This document shows, piece after piece, positions 35,020 to 43,126 of a DNA stretch of 64,000 bases. Location of the stretch: contig DAIUEV010000015.1 in assembly GCA_036844945.1 (NCBI GenBank), positions 66 through 64,065 on the forward strand, read 5' to 3'. The translations under genes were made by a program, and so were the position numbers. Every line of letters begins with the position of its first letter. Positions within the stretch are counted from its first letter, which is position 1. Source of the stretch: Acidimicrobiales bacterium (lineage in GTDB: Bacteria > Actinomycetota > Acidimicrobiia > Acidimicrobiales > RAAP-2). Under the pieces are notes generated by a model. The model was not told the DNA's origin and searched no databases. It saw only the letters and a list, made by a program, of their open reading frames with translations.

Positions 35020-35892
35020 GTGGGTACGATTCGGGCGGTGGAGGTGACGTTCTTCGGAGCCCGCGGCTCGTGCCCCTGTGCCGGCGAGGACTACCGCCGG
35101 TACGGCGGCAACACGGCCAGCGTGCTCGTCCAGACCGACGACGACGAGATCATCGTCCTCGACCTCGGCACTGGGTTGCGGGCGCTCGGCGCCCATGTCT
35201 CCTCCGACCACCCGGCCGGAGGTCCCCCGGTCAGGGCCACCGCCCTGCTCACCCACCTCCACTTCGACCACATCCTCGGGCTCCCGTTCTTCGGCCCGCT
35301 CCGCCACGAAGACTCGGTCATCGACGTCTACGGGCCCCGCCAGCAGGAGGGGACGCTCGCCTGCGTCCTCGGGGAACTCGTCCGGCCGCCGTTCTTCCCC
35401 ATCCCCCTCGGCACCCTGCTTGCCGACTTTCGGTTCCACGACCTCACCGACGGCGACCACTTCGCCATCGGCAATGCCAAGGTGCGCACGCGCACCGTGC
35501 GGCATCCGGGAACCACCCTCGGCTATCGCATCGAGGCGGACGGGCAGTCGGTCGCCTACGTCCCGGACCACCAGCAACCGCCCGATGGCGAGCCCTTCGA
35601 CGAAGGCGTCCTCGAGCTGTGCGACGGCGTCGACCTCCTCGTGCACGATGCCCAGTACACGGCCTTCGAGCTGGGCCACAAGCCCACCTGGGGCCACTCG
35701 ACCGCCGACTTCGCGGTGGAGCTCGCCGCTCGTGCCGGGGTTCGCCACCTGGTGTTGTTCCACCACGACCCGTCCCACGACGACGACGCGCTGGACCAGA
35801 TGCTCGAGCGCGCGGCGGGGCTCGCGGGCCCCCGGGGGCTCACCGTGAGCTCCGCCCACGAGGGCGAGACGGTCGTCCCCGGCCGGCACTGA
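35020..35892 (+). CDS. MBL-fold metallo-hydrolase
   Basis: THLHFDHILG (HxHxDH) and downstream His/Asp ligands. GTG start, with the alternative GTG 35038. Confidence 0.8.
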   Translation: MGTIRAVEVTFFGARGSCPCAGEDYRRYGGNTASVLVQTDDDEIIVLDLGTGLRALGAHVSSDHPAGGPPVRATALLTHLHFDHILGLPFFGPLRHEDSVIDVYGPRQQEGTLACVLGELVRPPFFPIPLGTLLADFRFHDLTDGDHFAIGNAKVRTRTVRHPGTTLGYRIEADGQSVAYVPDHQQPPDGEPFDEGVLELCDGVDLLVHDAQYTAFELGHKPTWGHSTADFAVELAARAGVRHLVLFHHDPSHDDDALDQMLERAAGLAGPRGLTVSSAHEGETVVPGRH

Positions 35893-35920
35893 TCTCCGGC
35901 GCCCTCTTCTTCGCACGGCC

Positions 35921-36457
35921 TTGCCCCAGATCGTCCCCGCGGAGGAGATCGACGGTGTCGTCGTCGTCGAGCTCGACGTCCACCGAGACCCGCGCGGCAC
36001 CTTCGTCGAGCCGTGGCGCAAGGAGTGGTTCCCCGGGCGGCCGGACATGGTGCAGGCCAATCACTCCGAGAAGGTGGAGGGATCCCTCGTCGGGCTGCAT
36101 TACCACCTGAAGCAGTCCGACTACTGGTACGTCGTGGCGGGTGAGGCGAGGGTGGTCCTGCACGATCTGCGGACGTCCAGCGCCACGACCGGCGCGACGA
36201 TGATCCTCGAGCTGAGCGGCGCCGTCCGGCGCGGGGTGTACATCCCGCCCGGGGTCGCCCACGGATTCGCCGCCCACACCCCTCTGACCCTCTGGTACAT
36301 GGTGGACGGCTACTACGACCCGGGCGACGAGCACGGGCTGGCCTGGGACGACCCCGAGCTCGGCATCGACTGGGGCGTGAGCGATCCCGTGGTCTCCGAG
36401 CGCGACCGCGCCAACCCCAGATGGGCGGACATCGCCGCCGAGGTGCAGCCCGTCTGA
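35921..36457 (+). CDS. rmlC: dTDP-4-dehydrorhamnose 3,5-epimerase
   Basis: HRDPRGTFVE, GLHYH and YIPPGVAHGF motifs of RmlC-type cupins. Confidence 0.85.
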   Translation: MPQIVPAEEIDGVVVVELDVHRDPRGTFVEPWRKEWFPGRPDMVQANHSEKVEGSLVGLHYHLKQSDYWYVVAGEARVVLHDLRTSSATTGATMILELSGAVRRGVYIPPGVAHGFAAHTPLTLWYMVDGYYDPGDEHGLAWDDPELGIDWGVSDPVVSERDRANPRWADIAAEVQPV

Positions 36458-36511
36458 CCCGCCCGTTCCCCGGGCCGAGGCCGTCGGCGGGGGTCTGGGC
36501 CGTATTTCCTG

Positions 36512-37393
36512 TTGAATTGGGAAATGGTGTTCATCGCGGTGCTGGTCGGCGTGGCCGTGCTGGCCGGCCTGGCCGTCTGGGCCTTCCGCCGTCGCGGCTC
36601 CGACGAGATGCACTCGGTGGCCGGGTACCAGCAGCGCCTCGAGCGCCTCGAGGAGGTCCGCCGGCGCCAGGTCGGGTCGGTCCGGATCATCGGGGGGAGC
36701 ACCCCGGAGGGGGACCAGCCGACGGTCGGCGAGGACGGACGCATCCAGATCACCTCGTCCCCCTCCCGCCGGGTCATCGACGACACCAACCAGCTGCCGG
36801 TCTACGCCGAGCGCGGGGCACCGTCGAACTACCGCCGGGGGCGCGACACCGCGATCGCCCGGATGAGCCACCGACCCCGCCGGCTCGGCGCGCCCATCGC
36901 CGCCGCGGTGGCGGTGGTCATCCTCGTCACCGGGCTGGCGCTGGCCGGTGCCCACTCGCGCACGCCGCACTCCACGACGACGACCACCACCTCGCGCACC
37001 GGGGGGGCCGGCAAGAAGAACGAGACGACCACCACTACTACGGCCAAGCCGACGACGTTCACTGCGACCTCCACGAGCGGGTCCGACGCCAACTACCAGC
37101 TGCCGTTCGCGAGCTACACGGTCATGTTCACGGCGACCACCGGTGACTGCTACATCGAGGTCACCAACGCCAACGGTCAGGTGCCCTATGCGTCGGTCCT
37201 GCACGCCGGCCAGACCCAGCAGCTGACGCTGACCGGGAGCAGCCGGATCGACCTCGGCGCCCCCTCCTATGCCCAGGTGCAGGTGGACCGCACGCCGGTC
37301 ACCTTCCCGTCGCCCGTGCCGGCGCCGCTCGTGCTGGTCCTGAATGCGGCGCCGTCGGGCTCGACATCCTCCACCACGACCTCGACGACCTGA
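36512..37393 (+). CDS. Membrane-anchored protein with RodZ C-terminal (DUF4115)-like domain
   Basis: One N-terminal TM helix (VFIAVLVGVAVLAGLAVWAF), a Thr-rich linker, and a C-terminal segment (YIEVTNANGQV...LTGSSRIDLGAPSYAQVQVD) resembling the RodZ C-terminal domain. There is no N-terminal HTH. Confidence 0.65.
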   Translation: MNWEMVFIAVLVGVAVLAGLAVWAFRRRGSDEMHSVAGYQQRLERLEEVRRRQVGSVRIIGGSTPEGDQPTVGEDGRIQITSSPSRRVIDDTNQLPVYAERGAPSNYRRGRDTAIARMSHRPRRLGAPIAAAVAVVILVTGLALAGAHSRTPHSTTTTTTSRTGGAGKKNETTTTTTAKPTTFTATSTSGSDANYQLPFASYTVMFTATTGDCYIEVTNANGQVPYASVLHAGQTQQLTLTGSSRIDLGAPSYAQVQVDRTPVTFPSPVPAPLVLVLNAAPSGSTSSTTTSTT

Positions 37394-37528
37394 GATTCCA
37401 CTGGCGGGGCGGCTGCCGGGGGACCCGGTGCGGCGACCGCCCCCCGGGTCCTCGGGGCCCGTCGACCCCCGATTTAGGACCGGTTCGGCGGGGCACCGTC
37501 GGGTGCATCGGCCCTGTTCGGAAGGGCG

Positions 37529-37565
37529 TTCCGGTGGTGACCGGAAGTTGTTACTATCGAGATAG
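37529..37565 (+). promoter_or_regulatory. Candidate suf promoter/operator
   Basis: Read directly: inverted repeat TTCCGG-N6-CCGGAA (37529-37546), -10-like TACTAT (37552-37557), and palindrome CTATC-GA-GATAG (37554-37565). This is an AT-rich patch about 60 nt upstream of the sufB ATG. Confidence 0.35.
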
Positions 37566-37623
37566 GTGATATTCCCGGTCGGCCGGATGTCCCGGTTGCC
37601 TCGAAGGGAAGCACGGAGTCCCC

Positions 37624-40263
37624 ATGGCACAGACGGATCTCGACCTCGACCGATACCAGCTGGGCTGGAGCGACGAGGAGGACTACGTCTTCAAGCCCAA
37701 GAAGGGCCTGAACCAGGACATCGTCCGCGAGATGTCGGCCATGAAGAAGGAACCCGAGTGGATGCGGGACTTCCGGCTGAAGTCGCTCGGGCGATTCGAG
37801 CGCAAGCCGCTGTTCCCGCTCTTCCGGGGCATGGGCGACCGGATCGAGAAGGATCTCGCCGGCCTCGACTTCTCGAACATCTACTACTACGTGAAGCCGA
37901 CCGAGGGTCAGGTGAAGGACTGGAACGACCTCCCGGACTCGATCAAGAACACCTATGAGCGTCTGGGCATCCCCGAGGCCGAGCGCAAGTACCTTGCCGG
38001 AGTGACGGCGCAATATGAGTCGGAAGTGGTATTCCACCGCAATCGCGCCGACCTCGAGGCCCAGGGCATCTTGTTTTGCGACATGGACTCCGCGGTGCGC
38101 GAGCACCCCGACATCGTGCGGAAGTGGTTCGGGACGGTGATCCCGCCTAACGACAACAAGTTCGCCGCGCTGAACTCGGCGGTGTGGTCGGGCGGGTCAT
38201 TCATCTACGTGCCGCCCGGGGTCAAGGTCGACATGCCCCTGCAGGCCTACTTCCGCATCAACACCGAGAACATGGGCCAGTTCGAGCGGACGCTGATCAT
38301 CGCGGACGAGGGTGCCCAGGTGCACTACATCGAGGGCTGCTCGGCGCCGGTCTACACGAGCGACTCGCTGCACTCGGCCGTGGTCGAGCTGATCGCCCTG
38401 CCGGGCAGCCGGATCACCTACACGACCATCCAGAACTGGTCGAACAACGTCTACAACCTCGTGACCAAGCGGGCGCGCGCCGAGGCCGAGGCGAGGGTCG
38501 AGTGGATCGACGGCAATATCGGTTGCCTGGCTCAGGGGTCGAGAGTGACCACCCCGGGTGGGGTGAAACCGATCGAACTGGTGAGCCCGGGAGAGCAGGT
38601 GCTCTCATTCGACGACACGGGTGGTGAGTTGTGCTTCCGAACGGTTACCGCGAAGCGCTTCTCCGGTCACCAGCAGGTTCGGGAGGTCCGCGTCGGCACC
38701 CGTTGCCTGCGGGTCACCGACAACCACCCCTTCTACTCCTACCTGTATGACCCGCAGCAAGCGAAGAAGACCGGCCGATACACCCTTGGGTACGTGCGGG
38801 CCGATCAGCTCGAGAGGTCCATCGTCCCCATCACGTCGATCGATTATGGCCATCCTCACAAGCTGGAGTTGCCCGAGACGACGACAAGGTTCACCGGGTC
38901 CAACCAGCACACGGCGTCCTTCGAAAGTGTGAGGGCTCGACGGGTGCGACTCGCGCGGATCGAAGAGACGACAGACGATCTCATGTGGCTCTTCGGGTTG
39001 TTCGTCGGTGACGGGTCCATCGATCGGGTACCGGCCCTGAATGGCGGGTCTCGCTGGGCCCACGTCACGTTCTCGGTGCCTCGTGGGGACCGCGCCCGGG
39101 CCCGGTTGGCGGACGTGATGAGCCGCGTCCTGCCGGCCACCGTTCCTGGTGAGCGGGCGGACGGGGTCACGCTGCGCTGGTCGTCGGTGGAGCTGGCCGA
39201 CTTGTTCGAATTGAATGACTTCTCGACGGGCGCGCACACCAAGCGGCTGCCATCGTGGGTGCTCGATCTCCCCGAGAGCCAACGTCTCTCGCTGGTCGCC
39301 GGCTATCTGGATGCAGACGGGTGTGCTCCGAAGGGGCGTCGGGGGTTGAACATCAAGTCCGTCAACCGACCTTTGCTCGAAGACACTGCTCAGGTCCTCA
39401 CGTCCCTGGGCATCGTGTCACGGATCTACACCGAGTACGACGAGGACCGTGAGGTCCAGATTCTCGACTACAAGGCGATGGCTCGGGGGAGTCACCGACT
39501 CGAGTTTCGTGCCGACCAGCGCCTCTTGGATCGGGTCAGTGAACCGTTGCGTCAAGCGGCGGACTCGCCGAGTCCCGCTTTGCAGTCGTTCCGTCGTGTG
39601 GCTCGCTCGCAAATCGTCCTGCCCGAGAGTGTCGAAATTCGTAAGGTTGAGGTGGGAGAGCACCTTGCAGCCGTTCCGACCTGGGATATCGAGGTCGAGG
39701 GGACCGGCAACTTCGTGTGCGAGGGCTTTATCGTCCATAACAGCCGCCTCACGATGAAGTACCCGTCCGTCTACCTCATGGGTCCGAAGGCCTCCGGCGA
39801 GGTGCTCTCCGTCGCCTACGCCGGCCCCGGCCAGCACCAGGACGCCGGGGCGAAGATGGTGCACGCCGCCCCCGAGACCACCTCGACCATCGTGTCCAAG
39901 TCGATCTCCAAGGGCGGCGGCGCCACCACCTACCGGGGCAGTGTGCGCGTCGACAAAGGGGCGACCGGGGCCAAGTCCTACGTCCGTTGCGACGCCCTGC
40001 TGCTCGACGAGCAGAGCGTCTCTGAGACCAAGCCCTACATGGAGGTCGGCGAGCGTGACGCCAGCATCGGGCACGAGGCGACGGTGGCCAAGATCGGCGA
40101 CGACCAGCTCTTTTACCTGATGAGCCGGGGCCTGTCGGAGTCTCAGGCGATGGGGATGATCGTGAACGGCTTCATCGAGCCGATCACCAAGACCCTGCCC
40201 ATGGAGTACGCAGTCGAGTGGAGTCGCCTGATAGAGCTGCAGATGGAGGGCTCGGTCGGCTGA
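37624..40263 (+). CDS. sufB: Fe-S cluster assembly protein SufB, interrupted by an intein (879-aa precursor)
   Basis: SufB sequence before residue 301 (...RVEWIDGNIG) and after residue 706 (SRLTMKYPSVYLMG...GAKMVH...). The exteins total 473 aa, a normal SufB length. Confidence 0.95.
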   Translation: MAQTDLDLDRYQLGWSDEEDYVFKPKKGLNQDIVREMSAMKKEPEWMRDFRLKSLGRFERKPLFPLFRGMGDRIEKDLAGLDFSNIYYYVKPTEGQVKDWNDLPDSIKNTYERLGIPEAERKYLAGVTAQYESEVVFHRNRADLEAQGILFCDMDSAVREHPDIVRKWFGTVIPPNDNKFAALNSAVWSGGSFIYVPPGVKVDMPLQAYFRINTENMGQFERTLIIADEGAQVHYIEGCSAPVYTSDSLHSAVVELIALPGSRITYTTIQNWSNNVYNLVTKRARAEAEARVEWIDGNIGCLAQGSRVTTPGGVKPIELVSPGEQVLSFDDTGGELCFRTVTAKRFSGHQQVREVRVGTRCLRVTDNHPFYSYLYDPQQAKKTGRYTLGYVRADQLERSIVPITSIDYGHPHKLELPETTTRFTGSNQHTASFESVRARRVRLARIEETTDDLMWLFGLFVGDGSIDRVPALNGGSRWAHVTFSVPRGDRARARLADVMSRVLPATVPGERADGVTLRWSSVELADLFELNDFSTGAHTKRLPSWVLDLPESQRLSLVAGYLDADGCAPKGRRGLNIKSVNRPLLEDTAQVLTSLGIVSRIYTEYDEDREVQILDYKAMARGSHRLEFRADQRLLDRVSEPLRQAADSPSPALQSFRRVARSQIVLPESVEIRKVEVGEHLAAVPTWDIEVEGTGNFVCEGFIVHNSRLTMKYPSVYLMGPKASGEVLSVAYAGPGQHQDAGAKMVHAAPETTSTIVSKSISKGGGATTYRGSVRVDKGATGAKSYVRCDALLLDEQSVSETKPYMEVGERDASIGHEATVAKIGDDQLFYLMSRGLSESQAMGMIVNGFIEPITKTLPMEYAVEWSRLIELQMEGSVG
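38524..39741 (+). mobile_element. Intein (406 aa) with LAGLIDADG homing-endonuclease domain inside sufB
   Basis: It starts with Cys (CLAQGSRVTT) and has block B TDNH. The two LAGLIDADG motifs are LFGLFVGDGSI and LVAGYLDADGC. It ends ...GFIVHN, followed by +1 Ser. Length 1218 nt, in frame. Confidence 0.9.
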
Positions 40264-40305
40264 TCCGGTGTCACCGCGGCGCCCGTCGGGTGGCACGATG
40301 GTGCC

Positions 40306-40641
40306 GTGCCGATGCGCGAGGAGTGCAAGCACTTCCAGAGCCGGACCTACGCCTCGGGCGAGGTGGCGCGCTTCTGCGTGCTCGGCCTTGCCCCCGAGGC
40401 GCCCTGGCGCTGCCCCGACGACTGTCCCCGCTACGAGCGTCGGATGGCCGACGTCGGCTGGACCCACGGCAGCCTGATCTCGCCGCCGATCGAGGACGAG
40501 CCCGACGTCCCGGCCGTCGACATGGCCGGGGTCCTCGACCAGGCCGAGCAGGTCGTGAACGACATTTCGGCCGACGCGCTGGCAGAGGCCCGGGCCCGCG
40601 ACGCGCGGGAGAACCGGCGCCGCTGGTTCCGGCGGCGCTGA
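40306..40641 (+). CDS. Hypothetical four-Cys small protein between sufB and sufD
   Basis: 111-aa ORF with strong GC3 coding bias. Cys pattern C7-x16-C24-x11-C36-x3-C40 (..RCPDDCPRYE..), an acidic middle and an Arg-rich tail. Start is GTG 40306 or ATG 40312. Confidence 0.55.
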   Translation: MPMREECKHFQSRTYASGEVARFCVLGLAPEAPWRCPDDCPRYERRMADVGWTHGSLISPPIEDEPDVPAVDMAGVLDQAEQVVNDISADALAEARARDARENRRRWFRRR

Positions 40642-40683
40642 CCCCAGCCGGCCGGCGACACCCGGCCGGCCCCAGAGCCGAAC

Positions 40684-41982
40684 GTGCAACACCTCACCGC
40701 TGACGCGTCGGCCGCGCTGGGCGGCCCTGGATGGCTCACGGCCCGTCGGATGGAGGCGGTCGAGCGGCTGGCGTCGATGTCGCCGCCGACGGCCGACGGG
40801 TCCGAGGTGTGGCGCTACTCGCCGATCGACCGGATCGATCTCGACGCCTACCGGCCCACGGCGGCCCCGCCCGGGCCGGCCCCCGACGGGGCCCTCGCGT
40901 TGGTCGCCGAGTTCGGCGACGGACCGCACGCCGTCCTCCACGACGCTCGGCTGATCGCTCTCGAGCGCGGCGGGCTCCCCGACGGCGTCACGTTCGGCGC
41001 GCTGAGTGACCTCGAAGCGGCTCCGGAGGGCCTCGGGGAGCTGGTGGGCGCAGCCGACTTCTTCGTCACGATGAACGACGCGTTCGGCCCCGATGCCCTG
41101 GTCGTCGAGATCCCCGCCGGCCTCGAGCTCGACCGGCCGGTGGTGATCGTCCACTGGTGCGATGCCGGCCAGGCCGACGGCCCCGGGCCGGCGGTATTCC
41201 CACGCAGCGTGGTGCGGCTCGGCGCCGGAGCGTCCGCCGAAGTGGTCGAGGTCGTCGCCGGCCCCGCCGGTCCGGGACGGCCGCTCGTGGTCCCGGTGGT
41301 GGAGCTGGTGGTCGAGGACCGGGCGAGGCTCTCCTACGTCGTGGTCCAGGACCTCGGCCCGACGGCGTGGCACCTGGCCCGCCTCGGCGCGACCGTCGGG
41401 GCCGACGCGACGCTGCGCAGCTTCACCGCGGGCCTCGGGGGCGACTACGACCGGTGCCGGGTCGACGCGGCCGCGATCGGGCGGGGCGGCTCGACCGAGC
41501 TGACCACCGTCTACCTCGGCTCGGGCGACCAGGTGCACGACGTGCGCACCCTTCAGGACCACGTGGCCCCGCGTACGACGAGCGATCTGTTGTGCAAGGG
41601 GGCGGTGGCGGAGCGGTCGCGGTCGATCTACACGGGCCTCATCCGCGTGCGCCACGGGGCGGTGCGGGCCGACGCCATGCAGACCAACCACAACCTCGTG
41701 CTCGACGAGACCGCCCACGCCGACTCGGTACCCAACCTCGACATCGAGGAGAACGACGTGCGGTGCAGCCACGCCTCGAGCGTGGGCCCGGTCTCCGAGG
41801 ACGAGCGCTACTACCTCGAGTCGAGGGGCATCTCCCCGGACCGGGCGGAGCGGCTCATCGTGCTCGGCTTCTTCGACGCCATCGTCGAACGGGCCCCGGT
41901 CGCGGCCGCCCGCGGGCCGCTGCGGGCGCGCATCGGCGCCCGGCTCGGCGACCTCCTCGGGCGGGGGGACGGCCGTGGCTGA
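40684..41982 (+). CDS. sufD: Fe-S cluster assembly protein SufD
   Basis: SufB/SufD family C-terminal beta-helix region (...QTNHNLVLDETAHADSVPNLDIEENDVRCSHASSVGPVSEDERYYLESRGI). Confidence 0.85.
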   Translation: MQHLTADASAALGGPGWLTARRMEAVERLASMSPPTADGSEVWRYSPIDRIDLDAYRPTAAPPGPAPDGALALVAEFGDGPHAVLHDARLIALERGGLPDGVTFGALSDLEAAPEGLGELVGAADFFVTMNDAFGPDALVVEIPAGLELDRPVVIVHWCDAGQADGPGPAVFPRSVVRLGAGASAEVVEVVAGPAGPGRPLVVPVVELVVEDRARLSYVVVQDLGPTAWHLARLGATVGADATLRSFTAGLGGDYDRCRVDAAAIGRGGSTELTTVYLGSGDQVHDVRTLQDHVAPRTTSDLLCKGAVAERSRSIYTGLIRVRHGAVRADAMQTNHNLVLDETAHADSVPNLDIEENDVRCSHASSVGPVSEDERYYLESRGISPDRAERLIVLGFFDAIVERAPVAAARGPLRARIGARLGDLLGRGDGRG

Positions 41983-42292
41983 GCGCGCGGTGGTCTGCCG
42001 GCGCGACGACCTGGCCTCCGGTGAGGCGCGCCGATTCGAGGTGGGCGGCGTGTCGGTGGCGGTGGTCCGGATCGGCGACGACTTCTACGCGCTCGGCGAC
42101 CGGTGCAGCCACGAGGACACCTCGCTGTCCGAGGGGGAGGTGTGGGTCGACGAGCTCGAGCTCGAGTGCCCCCGGCACGGGAGCACCTTCGACCTGAGGA
42201 CCGGCGCGCCGTGCTCCCTCCCGGCCACCACGCCGGTGCCGGTCTACGAGGTCGAACTGTCCGGCGACGACGTCGTCGTGGTGGTCGCGTGA
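41975..42292 (+). CDS. Rieske [2Fe-2S] ferredoxin-like protein (non-heme iron oxygenase ferredoxin subunit type)
   Basis: The CSH...CPRH motif pair (CSHEDTSLSEGEVWVDELELECPRHG). It overlaps the sufD stop. Confidence 0.85.
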   Translation: MAERAVVCRRDDLASGEARRFEVGGVSVAVVRIGDDFYALGDRCSHEDTSLSEGEVWVDELELECPRHGSTFDLRTGAPCSLPATTPVPVYEVELSGDDVVVVVA

Positions 42293-43062
42293 CCGCGGTG
42301 GCCCCCGACACGCTCGTCATCTCGGGCTTGACCGCCGAGCTCGGCGGGGTGGAGATCCTGCACGGCATCGACCTCGAGGTGGCGCCGGGCCAGGTTCACG
42401 TCGTCATGGGGCCCAACGGCTCGGGCAAGAGCACGCTCGCCCATGCCCTCATGGGCCGGCCGGGCACCACCGTGACCGGCGGCCGGATCTCGATCGGTCC
42501 GACCGAGCTCACCGGCCTGCCGAGCTGGCGCCGGGCCCGGGCCGGGCTCTTCCTCGCCCTCCAGCACCCGATCGAGGTGCCGGGCGTGCGGGTCGAGGAC
42601 GCATTGTTCGAGGCGCTCGCCCCGGCCGGCGAAGAGCGTGGTCGCCTGGCCGCGGCCCTCCGGGAGGAGGCCGACGCCATCGGCCTCGACCACCGGTTCC
42701 TCGATCGGGCGCTCAACGTCGACCTCTCGGGCGGTGAGCGCAAGCGCAACGAGATCCTCCAGATGGCCGTCGTCCGGCCGCGCTTCGCGGTCCTCGACGA
42801 GATCGACTCGGGACTCGACGTCGACGCCCTCCGGGCGGTCGCCCGGCGGATCGAGCGCGCCACGTCGGAATGGGGGCTCGGGGTGCTGGCCGTCACCCAC
42901 TTCCGGCGGCTCTTGGTGGAGCTCGACGCCGACCGGGTCCACGTCATGGTCGGTGGCCGGATCGTCGCGGACGGCGGGCCGGAGCTCGCCGACGAGCTCG
43001 ACGCGTCGGGCTACGGCGCATACGCGCCCGGGACCCCGCCCCGCCCGGGCGCCGGCCGCTAA
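42289..43062 (+). CDS. SufC-like Fe-S assembly ATPase (diverged copy)
   Basis: Walker A GPNGSGKST, signature LSGGERKRNEILQM, Walker B AVLDEIDSGLD and H-motif VTHF. The GTG start overlaps the Rieske stop (GTGA). Confidence 0.8.
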   Translation: MTAVAPDTLVISGLTAELGGVEILHGIDLEVAPGQVHVVMGPNGSGKSTLAHALMGRPGTTVTGGRISIGPTELTGLPSWRRARAGLFLALQHPIEVPGVRVEDALFEALAPAGEERGRLAAALREEADAIGLDHRFLDRALNVDLSGGERKRNEILQMAVVRPRFAVLDEIDSGLDVDALRAVARRIERATSEWGLGVLAVTHFRRLLVELDADRVHVMVGGRIVADGGPELADELDASGYGAYAPGTPPRPGAGR

Positions 43063-43078
43063 AAATTTGCTAAGAGAC

Positions 43079-43093
43079 CCGGCACCGTGCCGG
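43079..43093 (+). terminator. Short palindromic hairpin after the sufC-like gene
   Basis: CCGGCAC-C-GTGCCGG lies 17 nt after the TAA stop, just downstream of the A/T-rich TAAAAATTTGCTAAG. No U-tract follows. Confidence 0.3.
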
Positions 43094-43126
43094 TGACCCC
43101 GCGAGCGCCCGGGGTACCTTAGGAAC

